Assembly (NCBI GenBank): GCA_000708835.1
Contig: DF237745.1
Coordinates: 1-32,151 of the forward strand
DNA from: Klebsormidium nitens
Taxonomy: Eukaryota; Plantae; Klebsormidiophyceae
DNA length: 32,151 bases
Reading direction: 5' to 3'
Notes under the pieces: generated by a model
Seen by the model: the letters and a program-made list of their open reading frames with translations, nothing else
Database searches by the model: none
What the model was told of the DNA's origin: nothing
In this document: one piece after another, positions 11,056 through 22,982 of the stretch
Position numbering within the stretch: the stretch's first letter is position 1
Layout of the letters: each line of letters starts with the position of its first letter
Program-made: the position numbers and the translations under genes

Positions 11056-13744
11056 CTAAGTTCCACTCTGTTTCACGAGATCATCTTCCGGCGCTATATC
11101 ATCTCCAGATTCCGTCCTCCCCCCTTCCCCCTGCGTCCTCTCCTGCGCCTGCTTCACAATCTCCGCGATCGCCTCTTTGTGTGCCCTGCTTCCGACGCTG
11201 CCTACCAGCGCTTCCCGGTACGCCGTCTCCACGGGGTCGCTCAGCGACGGCGCGGGCCGGCAGTAAGTGCTCGCCAGCTGTCCGATCCGCCACTGCGCTT
11301 CCCGCAGCCGCTTCAGGGGCACATGCCCCGCCTCTACGGCCGCCGCAATCCCCTCGATCGCGGCCACCTGTTTCTCCTCCGTGTGGCATACCAGGAACAT
11401 GTCGCACCCCGCGGCAAGGCCCGCCGCGGCCGCCTCCGCGATGCCGTACGATTGCGCGATGGCGCCCATCTCGAGGCAGTCCGTGGCGATGACGCCGTCG
11501 AAGTGCAGCGTGTGCCGCAGGTAATGCAGCGCGCCGCGGCTCAGGGACGCGGGCAGCGCGGCCTCGGAGGGGGCGGCCGCGAGGGCGGGGACGGCCACGT
11601 GGGCAACCAAGATGGACGCCACGTCAGCGCTGATGGCGGCCGCGAAGGGCGGCAGCTCAACGCGTTCGAGCCTGCGAAGCATAGACTCAAGAGGCTTGGG
11701 GCGAATTTGAGGAGGTTGGGCGGGATCTTTGTGATAGAGTAGCAGTGAAGGTGCGCCGACTTACTGAATCACGAGTTTCGTCAGCGTGGCTTCGACCAAA
11801 GCAGTCAACGACGTTTGAAAGGTCGGCGAATGGATGATGCTTACAGGCTTATTGTTTTACCTAAGTCAGTGGAAGCTTGAGTTTAGGCTTTTGTGATTAG
11901 CAACCGCATGTTCGAAGTTCGCTGTTTGAACAGCGTGTGTTCAAGAACGTCCTATCACGGAAGTCGGAGTACACCGTTCTCGATAATCCAGCAGAACCAA
12001 CTTTCGAGACGACAGATGTTTGTAGCGGCAGAAGGGCAGCGAGCAAACATTTTTGGTGCTCGCTTAGTGACGAAGCCAGCGATCGTTACGAACTCAATAT
12101 TTGGGTCTCAACAATGACATCCGCCAGGGCTATCTGATTATTGCTGCAAAACGAAGGGCCGAAGAGCTAGGGCCGACGCAGTTTGGCTTTACCTCGGCAT
12201 CCTCTCGACAAGCGGACTCATCTTCTTCACGAAGGAGGAGAGAAACTCCAAGCAAGTCGTGTGACGAGACGGGGCAGAACAGGGCAAAAGAGCCTTGGCA
12301 CCGACCTAGGACACGCGAGCCTTCTCTCATTTGTACGTTCTGAAACCAGAGCACCAGCTGGCATCAACCTCCTCGACTGTTTTGTTCATCTTTGCGCTCA
12401 CCTCTCCCGGTCGTGGTGCACGTGCGGCAGGCTGAGATGACTGTCTTGTTCAGTATCGCCATGGCCCGGGAAGTGTTTGGCACACGCGGCCACCCCTTCC
12501 TGCTGCAGGCCCCGGATGACCGCGTACCCCATTTCTGACACCACCTCCGGCGACGTGCCAAAGCTGCGGCTGCCAATCACCGGGTTCAGCGGGTTGGTGT
12601 CGACGTCCATCACGGGCGCCAAGTCCATGTCCACGTTCACCGCGCGCAGCTCTTTGCCTAGGACTCTCCCTGCCGCTTCGGCTGTAGAGGGATCCCCCGC
12701 AGCCCCAATTGTTCTTGCTGGGGGGACGACAGTGAAGGGCGGGCCCAGTCTCTGCACGCGCCCCCCCTCCTGGTCGACCATGACGAGCAGCGGCCGGCTG
12801 CCCGCCTCGCGCTTCAGGTTGGCAGCCAGCTCCGCGACCTGGGGGGGGTCCGCAAAGTTGCGCGAGAACAGGATCACGCCGCCCGCGCCTGGAGGGAAAG
12901 AAGGACGTTTTACAAAAGAAGTGGAGGACAGGGTACAAAGATGAGGAATAAACATATAGAGGAGACTTGAAAGCAGACGCCATTAATCTTGTATCTCCTG
13001 TAGAAGCTCCAAGTGGTGCCAGATGTGTCAACAAGTTAGCTAGGGTGCATCCAGGACAGTTCTGCCTTTTGGCACTCCTACTGAACGTGGGTGAACCTAT
13101 TATACTGCGGGACCCACTCTTCTGATGCGCCGAAAGCTCAAGCATGAACAACTCCAAATGATCAGATCCCCTTAAGAACTGAGCTGAATATCGCATAAGT
13201 CATTATTGTGAAAACTTCAGAGCAAAATTACTGGGCTACTCTAAGACAAAATCCATGCTCTCATTCACCCAAGCTTTGACCATCACCACCACTGTACAGC
13301 GAGAAGAGCAGTTCATCATTGTTCGAAACAGCGCGGAAGCTAAGACTGCCTCAGGCGGGCCATCTCACCCCGAGCAATCATGTTCTTGGCGTGCTTGTTC
13401 AGAGTGGGCCCTTTGCCTGTGAACCCAAACACTATCAGCCGAGCAGCAATCGACTGGAGATCCTCTGTTGATGGGAGGTTTTGAGACCTTCCTTCCTGAG
13501 CTAGCTTGTTGGGCTCTATGGCAGGGGCTTCTGAAGGGGCATTTGATGAGGGTGGTTCCCTTGTCTCATGAAGCGTCCTAGTGTCAGGTCCCATGGATTC
13601 TACTGCCCCTTCTGAAGTGCCCACGTCAGAGGGCTCTGGATCCAGCTCAGGAGCAGGCTTTGTTTCCAAGGGAGTCTCGATGTAAGTGTTTGCTCTGCTT
13701 TGCAGCTCAGCGGTGTCGGGGGGGGGCTCTTGTGAAGTGTCCAT
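11056..13744 (-). CDS. nagZ: GH3 beta-N-acetylglucosaminidase, NagZ-type, 3 exons, 492 aa (5' end may extend further)
   Basis: complement(join(11056..11671,12402..12888,13369..13744)) = 1479 nt. Motifs: RLIVFGF..GAGGVILFSRN, MVDQEGGRVQRL, DLAPVMDV, RSFG, NagZ signature KHFPGHGDTEQDSH, nucleophile motif IATDCLEM, GCDMFL. Confidence 0.92.
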
Positions 13745-13972
13745 CCTTGGGAACGCTGCACTCAATGATGAGAGCTGTCCAAAGCCATTTCTAGCTTACT
13801 TTCTGACATGACCACTCTCTGCACAAGGGGCACTTTAATGGAGTGCTTCGGCAGTTCAAACAGAACCTTGTGAGAATTCAACAAGAGGCCACTCCTCCGG
13901 GGCCAGCCAGCCCCGCCTGTTGCCAACAAGATGCAGAATGGGTTCCCCTGCCCTGTCACCTCAAGGCTCAAG

Positions 13973-14233
13973 CTATGCTCTTCGCGGCTCCTGACACTCC
14001 ACCACTCTTCTCTGATCTTGATGGGTGGTGGTACCCCCTTGTTGTTGCCCAATGCTGGAGCTACTTCCGGCGCCACTTGCAGCATGCCCAACGGAATTCT
14101 TCTCTTTGTGGCTGTTGGCCCACCCTTCGGGCAGCGGGCTCACAATTGCGGTGTCTACCGCAGGCGGCACTCTGACCAGGCCACTGTCGCCACCCCCTGC
14201 TGCTGGAGGAACTCGTACTAGAGCATCATCCAT
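13973..14233 (-). CDS. Probable coding exon upstream of nagZ (possible extra 5' exon or separate small gene)
   Basis: Open frame MDDALVRVPPAAGGGDSGLVRVPPAVD.., in the same minus frame as nagZ exon 1. LVRVPPA occurs twice with all seven codons synonymously different. A pyrimidine-rich acceptor (TTTCATTCTCGCTTGTCAG) sits just before the ATG. Confidence 0.4.
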   Translation of the reverse strand: MDDALVRVPPAAGGGDSGLVRVPPAVDTAIVSPLPEGWANSHKEKNSVGHAASGAGSSSSIGQQQGGTTTHQDQRRVVECQEPRRA

Positions 14234-14695
14234 GCTGACAAGCGAGAATGAAAGCGGACCATGCTGCACATGCCAAGCTCTAACAGGATGCGATCACATG
14301 TTTCGTCCGTCTTGAAGTTGAAGGTGAAGTCATCTATGCAGTCCACTGGTCAGTTGACACATTCTTCCAAGTCTGGCAAGAGTCAAGAGTCGAGACACAC
14401 GCATGTCTTGTCACTCTACCGTCATGAAGCTCTCGGATCAGTTCTGATTAGCACCACCACTGCTCAGGCACATGAGCGCCCGTTGCTGATGGCAGTGTTG
14501 CAGTTGAAAGCAGAGCTTGACGTCAGTGTAAGGAGTTGAGAGGAGCCCCACCACTGGCTGGCCAGGACAATCAGAACTATCTCTGCAGCTTGTGCTCCTG
14601 AGCTCCAAGGCATAATCTTGCAGAACAGCGCGTGCATTTTATATTAGCACGTTGATGGGCAGGCCAATCGCGCAGTGACGATGGGTGGGTGCACT

Positions 14696-17600
14696 ATGGC
14701 CGCAGAGTTGAGGATGGGCCCAGCTGTTGGTGAGCTTCTCAGCAGCCCATCCTGTGGCTTGAACAATCACAGCCCAACTTTGTACAGACCCCTCTGCAGG
14801 CATCTATTCGCATCCCCCACACATAACCCCTTGCATGCTAACAGCACGCAAAAGGCTAACGGCATTCGGAGGCATCTCAACAGAAGAATCCTTCCCCCCA
14901 GACCACTCGTGATTGCAAGCAGCCAGCGAGACTGCCCACAAAACGATGCGGCTCCTATTGCCCCTCCCTTGCCACCAAGCTCCGCTGAGTCCTCCAATGC
15001 TGCACCGCCAGCTGGCGCCTCCGCTGCCCAGCTGTCCCGCCGGCAGGCCCTCATTGCGGCGGGCGCCGCTGCAGGGACGGGCCTGGCGCCCGCAGCCTTG
15101 CGGCACCGGCCGGGGCTAACGGCGGCAGAGAGTGTTTCTGACGGAGAGCCGGCAGCCATAGCGGCACTGCGCGAACGCGTGTCAGCATTCACTTTGAGCA
15201 ACGGCATGCGCTGGCTGGTGCTGGAGCGCCACAACGCGCCCGTCATTGCGTGCCACACGTATGCGGACGTGGGCGCCTCGGTGGAGGTGGCGGGGCAAAC
15301 GGGGATTGCCCACTTGCTGGAGCACATGTGAGAAGGGGCTCTGAGGACTTGCAAGGAGTGCGTGCTGTAATCGAGCTCTTGTATGGGAAGATGAGCAGAG
15401 AGTGACTGTCATGCGGCTGATTGATTCCCCTGTTCGAAGAATTCATGTCTCGTCCCTCTGTCCTGATGGGCTTCCAAGTATATTTCTTGATGAGCTAGCA
15501 AGACTGTCGTCACTGCTGGGAGTGTCTTGTGCTGCACCCATCCTTTGCTCTTGTCGTCCGCGTCTCCTCATGTTGTGTCTCTGCCTCCCCACAGGGCTTT
15601 CAAGGGGACAGCACGAGTAGGCACCACCGATCCACGCAGGGAGGCACAGCTGCTCGACTCCATCGACGAAGGTCAGTATCACAAAGCGAACTGCCAATGA
15701 GGGGTTTGAGGAGTACAGTCTGCTCCCAATTTGTCCTGTTTGTGCTGCTTTCTGGGTTGTGCTGGAAGGACTGTCCCTTTTCTAGTCCATCTCTTCCTCC
15801 TGACTGTCCCATGCTGTCGTCTACCTGTGGCGCCACCCCTTCACACACCTTGCTAAATCCCTGTCTTCTTGGCAGTGTTCTACAGCATGCGCGACGCTGA
15901 AGCCAGCGGCAACTCTGCCCGCGTGTCCAAGCTCCGAGACGAGTTTGCCCGGCTGTTGGCGGCGGCCGAGCAGCTGGCGGTGCCCAACGAGTATGGGTCC
16001 ATCCTGGCGCGCCAGGGGGGGGTAGGCCTCAATGCGGCCACCAGCCAGGACAACACAGGTCAGCTGCAGGTGCCCCCCTGAGACAGGGGCAGGGCTGCAG
16101 GAGACTGTCCTTTCGGTATGCTTCTTGTGATCATGTGTATGAACCTCGAGCATACGGGTCACTGGCTTGCGAAGCTGGGTGTACTTTATTGGAGATGAGA
16201 TTTCCAAACGGACAGATTGCGGGACAGAACAGATCAAATCTTTAAGGGAATAATCAGGGAGCATCGGCGGATGACTGCAGCGAAAACTGGCTCGCAAGAG
16301 CTCGTTCGTGCAGACTTTTTACAAAAGGATGCGTCATGATGTTCGACTTTCTTGGTACAGAGTATTACGTGTCGTTGCCTGCCAACAAGCTGGAGCTGTG
16401 GATGGCCCTTGAGAGTGGCCGCTTCATTGCACCCGTCTTCCGGCAGCTCTACAATGAAAAGGAGGTGGGAGGCCGCCGTCAGGAAGCTTCATCAATGACG
16501 AGTGTCGAATGCTGCTATTGGTCAGCCCGCAGAAAGCCTGTTGTGGCATCAGTGAAGCTACGCAGACGAATGCTGCGATTGCGTGCCTTTCGGCATGCCT
16601 AACTCATCAAGAAGGCCTGTAATGAATGGTATAAGAAGACGTTTTGGTGCCTGTCCGCCTCAGCTATGACAGCCACCCTCTTTGAGAGAGGCAGGCATCA
16701 TCTGATATGCTCGCTCGCTCCTTAGTCCCTTTTCCCCTTGTTAGGCCCTTCTCTCGAACCCTCGGTCTCACCCAGCGTCCTCGGGGTTAACTGCTGAACC
16801 TCATACCACTATTTATGTAGCTCTTAGGTGTAACTCCTCCCTCCAGCTGATTGTCATCACAGGGCTCGACTATTTGCATCTCTTGCTTGATTTTCTTTCT
16901 CTCGTAGCCTAGTTTCTCCGGTGGCGCTCCATTTCCGGCTTACATGCTCATTATTGCTCGCTCGCCCCCTTAGGTGGTGAAAGAGGAGCGCCGATTACGC
17001 GTGGACAACTCCCCTTACGGCCGCTTCAGCGAGGAGTTTGCGCGTGTCGCGTTTGCCGGTGCGCCGTACGGGCGGCCCGTGATAGGCTACCCCGGCGACC
17101 TGGAGGCGCTCGGCCGCCGCGAGGTGGACGCCTTTTTCGCGCGGCACTACCGCCCCGACACGCTCACCTGCGCGGTCGCGGGGGACGTCGACCCCACCAC
17201 CGTGCAGCGCCTCGCGGAAAAAGTGAGGCCGCCAGCCGTTGATCTTGACAGCCGATTGGTCCTTTTTTGCGTCACACAAATAGATTTCGCGGCCACCTAT
17301 TAAGGACGAGCGAAAGGAAAGGGCTGTGCGCTACAGGGAGTCCTTATCTGCATTTTCTGTTTGATGAAGATGCTCGTTCGTCGGAACACGCATGTTTTGA
17401 GAACGTGTATGAAGGTCCTCCTTCGCAAATACGGACTAGTCGCTTTGGGTGCCAATTCAAGTGTGCAAAGTAAGGAACCTTTTGCCCTGTCATTGGGGCA
17501 GTCAGTGGGAGGGCGCGGGTCGCAAAGGGAGATTCCCCATTACTTGGGACACCAGTCAAGGATTTGAAAGGGATTGACTTTCGGCTAGGCGCTGAGATTT

Positions 17601-19517
17601 CATGCGGTAAATTCAAGAGGCGGCTTTCAGTGGAGTCGAGAGCCAACAAGATTAGTCAGAGCGGCATAGTCAAGGACGGCGACAAACTCATTTCGGGATA
17701 GCTCAAAATAGGAATAAGATGCCGGAGAAGCGGTTAACATCGCGGACTTCGAGCACTCTCGTGTTCAGTCGATATTGCATCAAGCAATACCAGGGGCGCC
17801 TCCTGACCCGTCCCCGGCAGCGCTCCGTTGGCAAAGAGCTATCACGCTCTGCAGCGATTGCGGATGGAGCAAAACGAGGGCCCCCTGCCTTTTGTCACCT
17901 GCCTCGTTGTACCTCTGAGCTGGGTCCCTTCTCTGAATCTGCCCTCCTTGCTGCACAGTACTTCGGTCCTTGGCGGCCTTTCTCGCCGGACCCACGCGCG
18001 GCAGCGGAGCTGCGGGCGGCGGCCGCGATTGCGGGCGAGTGGCCACAGGCGCAGGGGCCCAAAGAAGTGCGCGCCTCGTTGCCGGCCAACCCGTTCTACA
18101 TGGAGGGTGAGCGATGCGCAATTAACCGGGGTCACGAGTAAGCGAAGGCGGCTTTGTGAAACTGTCGGAACTTTCATGTGTTTTGCGTGAACCAGCACGT
18201 CAACCTCTCTGATTTGCAGGTTTTGATGATTGCTGAATCAAGCGAACTTGAATCTGACCTTAAGCTGGGGCTTCCGTGTGCTGATGTTGTTCCCTACGAG
18301 CGGAGGTCGTTGCGAGAACCCTTGTTTGTCAGCACAACTCAGTAGCAGGTCGGCAATTTCTATGAAATATTTGGCCACTAGAAGACGGGAGTCAAGATAA
18401 CTCATGTCCTACGTATCAGTAAGCATCCTCCTCCTTTCAAAAAACAAAGCTGAGGTTGACAAGTGACTGTATGGCTGACGGTTTCCAACTATTAGTGCAT
18501 CTATCAGGCGCCGACGAGCTCCGTACAGGGCGTTTCATGGATATATCCTGTCGAACTTTGTCGAAATTTGGCCGGAGAGCGTGTGTTCCTCAATCATTGC
18601 GCAGTCTTGCCGTGCGGTATCGTTTGCTCTTGCGTCACCCTTTCGCTCGGCCTGCTGTGCCCCGCAGGCTACTTGCGCCCCCCCTCTAGTTCCCCGCTGG
18701 ACCCGTCCCTGTCCGTTCTGTGCGACGTGCTCAGCTCCGGCCGCACGTCGCGCCTCTTCCGCCGCCTCGTCGTCCCGGGCAAGCTGCTCTCCGTGGACGC
18801 CGCCGAGAGCTTCCCCGGGGACCAAATGGCCACGCTGCTCCTGCTCTACGGAATCCCCAAGCCCGGTACGGGCTCCCGCGCCGGCGTCAACCAATGTCCC
18901 TTGACCGCGGAACTCGGAAGACTGCCGTATTGCCACGGCTTCCAATTCCCTCTTTCCAGTCGGGAGGAGCTTTTTGGGCCTGGTTCGTACATGTTGGACT
19001 GGCTCGACTTTCTTCATTGCTGTCACGGCGATGCCAATTGTCTTTCTGGTTGTCTCAGCACCGCGGCTGCGCTCAAAGCCTCTGAGTCGAGCGCCTCGAC
19101 AGTCCACTTCACCGCCTCTCCAAGGTCATATCGCACCCGTGGTGACCGTCTGCCGCCGCCCGCTGTCTCGCAGGCAGCAGCACGGAGGACGTCGCGTCTC
19201 TCCTGCACAGCGAGCTGGACAGCCTGCTGTCGCAACCACTGACGGAAGACGAGTTGCTGCCCGCCAAGAAGTCGGCCAAGGCGGGCCTGCTCGAAGCGTT
19301 CGGCAGCAACCGCGCCATGGCGCGCCTGCTCTGCGAGTACGAGGCGACAACGGGCAGCTGGGCCAACCTGCTCCAAGAGCCGGACAAGATCCAGGCGGTC
19401 GCCCCCAACGACATCCAGGCCGTCGCGCGGCGGCTGTTCCGGCCGGATAATCGTGTTGCGGGCCACGTGAGCATGGGGCCGTTCGATGGGTTCTCTGTGT
19501 CGGCTCCCTCCATGTAA
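14696..19517 (+). CDS. M16 family zinc metallopeptidase (insulinase/processing-protease-like, cyanobacterial type), 8 exons, ~644 aa, predicted plastid transit peptide plus Tat signal
   Basis: join(14696..15327,15595..15671,15876..16058,16361..16464,16974..17222,17959..18106,18668..18865,19174..19517) = 1935 nt. FTLSNGMRWLV, inverted zinc motif HLLEH (15311-15325) followed by MAFKGT, GLNAATSQD, EKEVVKEERR, YGRPVIG, AVAGDVD, GRTSRLFRRLV. The start codon is uncertain (14681, 14696 or 14714). Confidence 0.92.
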
Positions 19518-19609
19518 GATGGCTGGGGTTTGAAAATGATTCAGTAGAAGGACAAAGATGTGTGTTGCGTAGAATTTCAACATAGAAGAACGTCGCCTGG
19601 TGTTGCCGC

Positions 19610-20760
19610 TGCTAGCTCTGCATGAGCCGCGAAGGTGTGATAACAGCTAAAGTACTACAAGTACCTAGCTCGACAGTGGATAAAGTCAAGGGGCGTATTT
19701 TGAGAGTTACGTACGGTAGTTGCAATTCATGTACGACTTGCCGGTTGCACGTAGAATCAAATGGCACATTATTAAACGCCCATCAGTGCCAACTTACCTA
19801 GGCCGCCGTATGTGCACTCATGCATCATGCGTACTGATGATCAGTGCGTAGCCGGCCCACAATCATTGAATAATTGCTTACGATCACTCAACTATAGCTA
19901 TATTATATAGCCATAGAGCTGCTAGATCATTATATCAAATTGCATGAACTAGAATGTCCTCCCCCTTGGAAGTTTTGCGATGAAGGGTTTATCATGGGGT
20001 CAAGAGTTATCTGGTTTCGAAGCAGGGAATTTGCAGGGGTTAGTTGGGGGTCAAACTGGTTCATGTTTCGATCTCGGTCAACGTGGTCAACCCGGTAAGG
20101 GTTTCGGCCAATAGGATCACGAATAAAAATGCCTTACCGTTTTAGGAACATGTCATGTCAATAAGGGAGGCAATGATCGTCAGACTATGCGTATACCCGG
20201 CCAGTAACGTCGGTTGCGTACGTAGGTTTTGCAGGCAAGCTATAGTGAAGGCGATCATGAACTAGCATACACTATATATATGTCACATGAGCTCATGATC
20301 AGCCGCGATTGCAGAATCGACCCTAGCTTCATGGCCGGATATCTCCACCCGCGCAAGCTTAGTACTGACCGTCGAGATATACACGTCATATGCAGCCTGG
20401 CGCCCGCGCTGTGATTGACTGCACGATCGATCGTGGCATGTCGCCTCGAATACTATATAGCCTCAACGTGCGGGCCAGCTCGTTAAGCATGTTGCATAAG
20501 CTGCACATAAACTTGAAATTGTTCGCGGTGCCCGGTCGGTGCCGGATGGTCTGAACAACTTGTGCCGGGTCACTTACTATTGACTCAAACTCATATGCCG
20601 CTAGCTGTGATGCGCAGATCTCATTGAAACAAGGCATCATGCATAGCATCCGATTGTATCATGGCTGCCCGCCGCGCCAGGGCCAAACTCATTCTAGGTC
20701 AACATACTTGACACACAAGTGCGGCATCGCAGATGCAACAATGTCAACTCAGCTCGCAAG
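19610..20760. other. Palindrome-dense patch in the M16/PP2-A10 convergent gap, split by a ~190-bp insert
   Basis: About 28 palindromic 4-mers in 19781-19960 and about 35 in 20281-20460. Perfect palindromes CATGAGCTCATG (20286-20297) and CACGATCGATCGTG (20422-20435); GCTATAT-T-ATATAGC (19897-19911). The intervening 19961-20140 has only about 11. Confidence 0.75.
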
Positions 20761-21065
20761 CAAAATTAGACAGAGCAACTCAGTTGCTCGACGCCTTCAG
20801 ATTCGAGTCCAATTTGTATGTAGCATCCAGACTGTCTACCTGATTTTCCTTGAGCAACTTGCAAATAATTGCTCGCAAAGGGCCAAGCCAACATACTAAT
20901 CACAGTTACAATTGCAGCTGATTGCAGGCAGTTGAGTCTGTCACAGTTGACTTGAATCGAAATAATAGCCTTATGTAATGATAGCCTAACTTTATACAGG
21001 ACGCACTTCTTCAAGGAGGGGTTGACTGACTTGTGAATATGAATCAATATTCTATTCGCACCTGA

Positions 21066-22829
21066 TCATACGTAGGAGACTCCCGAGACCATGTTGAGGC
21101 AGAGGGCCAAACAGACTGTCACACACACAAGCGCCTTCGCTGCGAGAGCCCTGAAGTAGTCATCCAAAGTTCGCGACACACCGACCACCGCTGAAGCCAC
21201 CCCGGCTCCCCCGCCACCTTGCCGTGGGCTACTCCTCGGGCTTCTCCAGAGCACCTCATGCAACCCCGCAACCAAAGCCCTAATCGCCTCATAAGCTGCG
21301 ATGCCCGTAACGTCCATCAGGAACCGGCGGTTCTGTGGGTCGATCAACGTCTGGAACAGCTCCTGCAGCCATGCCTGATTTTCGCCGCCGGTTGACGCCC
21401 CCCCTCTGCTGACCCCTACAGCTGCCCTTGGCAGCAAACCCCGTTCCCCGGCTGGCGGCTCCCCTCTTGGTTGAAGCCTTCTTTCAGAGGTTCCAACTCC
21501 CTTTTCTCGCTCTATAACTTCCTCGATCCTAGCTCTCCGTAACCTTTCTTCCGCCGGCTCCCCTTCTGCGTATCTCTCCTCAGGCCACAGCACTCGCGGC
21601 TCTAGTGAGGACGAGGGCGTCACGGCGGCACGCTCTCGCAGGGCCGATGCCGGCGGCCGCGACGGCTTCTCGCTGGTGAGCACCTCGTGGGAGGTGCGCA
21701 CGAGCGTATCAACAGCACTGTTGGCCAGTGTTCCCACCAGGTCTCGCACCTGCTGCTTGTTTCCCGGCTTGCTCATGCTGGCCCACATGTCATCGTACAC
21801 ATTCACACCCGCCGTCTTATCCAAAAACACGGTAACTGCGTTCACCACCAGCGTGGTGACACAGTCTGTGACCAGAGCCCGTCCCTTGTCTGTACACGCC
21901 TTCTCAAACACCGCGTCAAGCAGACCGGGCTGAGGTCCGCTGTCGTCCCCGCTCTTGCCCCCTTTTCCAGAATCCAAGTACGCCGCTGTGAGCTCCCTCA
22001 CAACGCTGCCGACGATAGCGGACGCGAACCCTCGCCCTGGCTTGGTGAAGAGTTTGTCCATGACCTTGTCCACAAAGCCTGGCTCGTCAGCAGCATCGCA
22101 CGCGCATCTGCTGCTCAGGTACGGAGCCGCAGCTTTCGACTGAAGAAGACCGTCGTAGTCGACTCCACTCCAGTCAGCATCTCTGGTGGAGAAACACTTT
22201 CCGCCAGAGAGCTGCAAGGGCGAACAAGTGTACTCAGAGAACAAGTCACATGTCAGTCGGCAACACAGCTTGTAAAATGCGGAAGAGTTCGGTCACTACA
22301 GACAGCATGAGACGGACAGAGCTTGTTTACAACCTTTGAAATCAAGTGACCGTCTGCTTCCTCAGGTGGTCACGCGACCAATAGAAAGCAACAGAACTGA
22401 CATACGCAACATCATTTCACCTCGACAGCTGAAGGTCAGTGGACTTACGCTTCTTGACATGGGACTCTGCCCTTGAGTGGCCCCGACAACCCCTTTGACC
22501 AATGATCCAGACAGCGATGCTGCAGCCTGCTGAAACTCTTGCGAGGCTGCAATCTTGAGCATCTGACGAATGCTGCGTGGAACCTCATCACTGTCAGACT
22601 GCAAAAACGTCTCCAGTTCTGTTGTCACCAGATGGACAATGTCCCCGCTCCCTTTTGCTGCGTGGCTTAATGCAGTGCAAGCCTCTTCCACCGCACACAA
22701 CTGCTGCTTTGCCCTGGTCCACACATCAGCCGTATACACTTTATAGCCCGCATAGGCCCCCACCAGTATGAGCGCCCCGCCTACAATAACATGTTTCTTC
22801 CGCATCCTTGGCCCGCTGAAAGGAGTCAT
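21066..22829 (-). CDS. PP2-A10: PHLOEM PROTEIN 2-LIKE A10-like membrane protein, 2 exons, 508 aa
   Basis: complement(join(21066..22211,22449..22829)) = 1527 nt; donor AGC|GTAAGT, acceptor TTGCAG|CTC. Resembles the plant family as I recall it: RKK-hydrophobic-GAYAGYKVY, FLQSDSDEVPRSIRQMLKIAASQEF, FVDKVMDKLFTKPGRGFASAIVGS, C-terminal hydrophobic segment. Confidence 0.85.
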
Positions 22830-22982
22830 CGCCCCAGACACGTCCTTGACATCTAAAACGTCAGCGGCGACCACCTATCCACTAACCTTTTCTCCTAGAG
22901 CAATTGTCGAACAGAATTGCTCCACTGGCATCGTTGCCACAAGGACACCCCCGCCGCTCTGCCATCCTTCTCAGGCTTCTTT

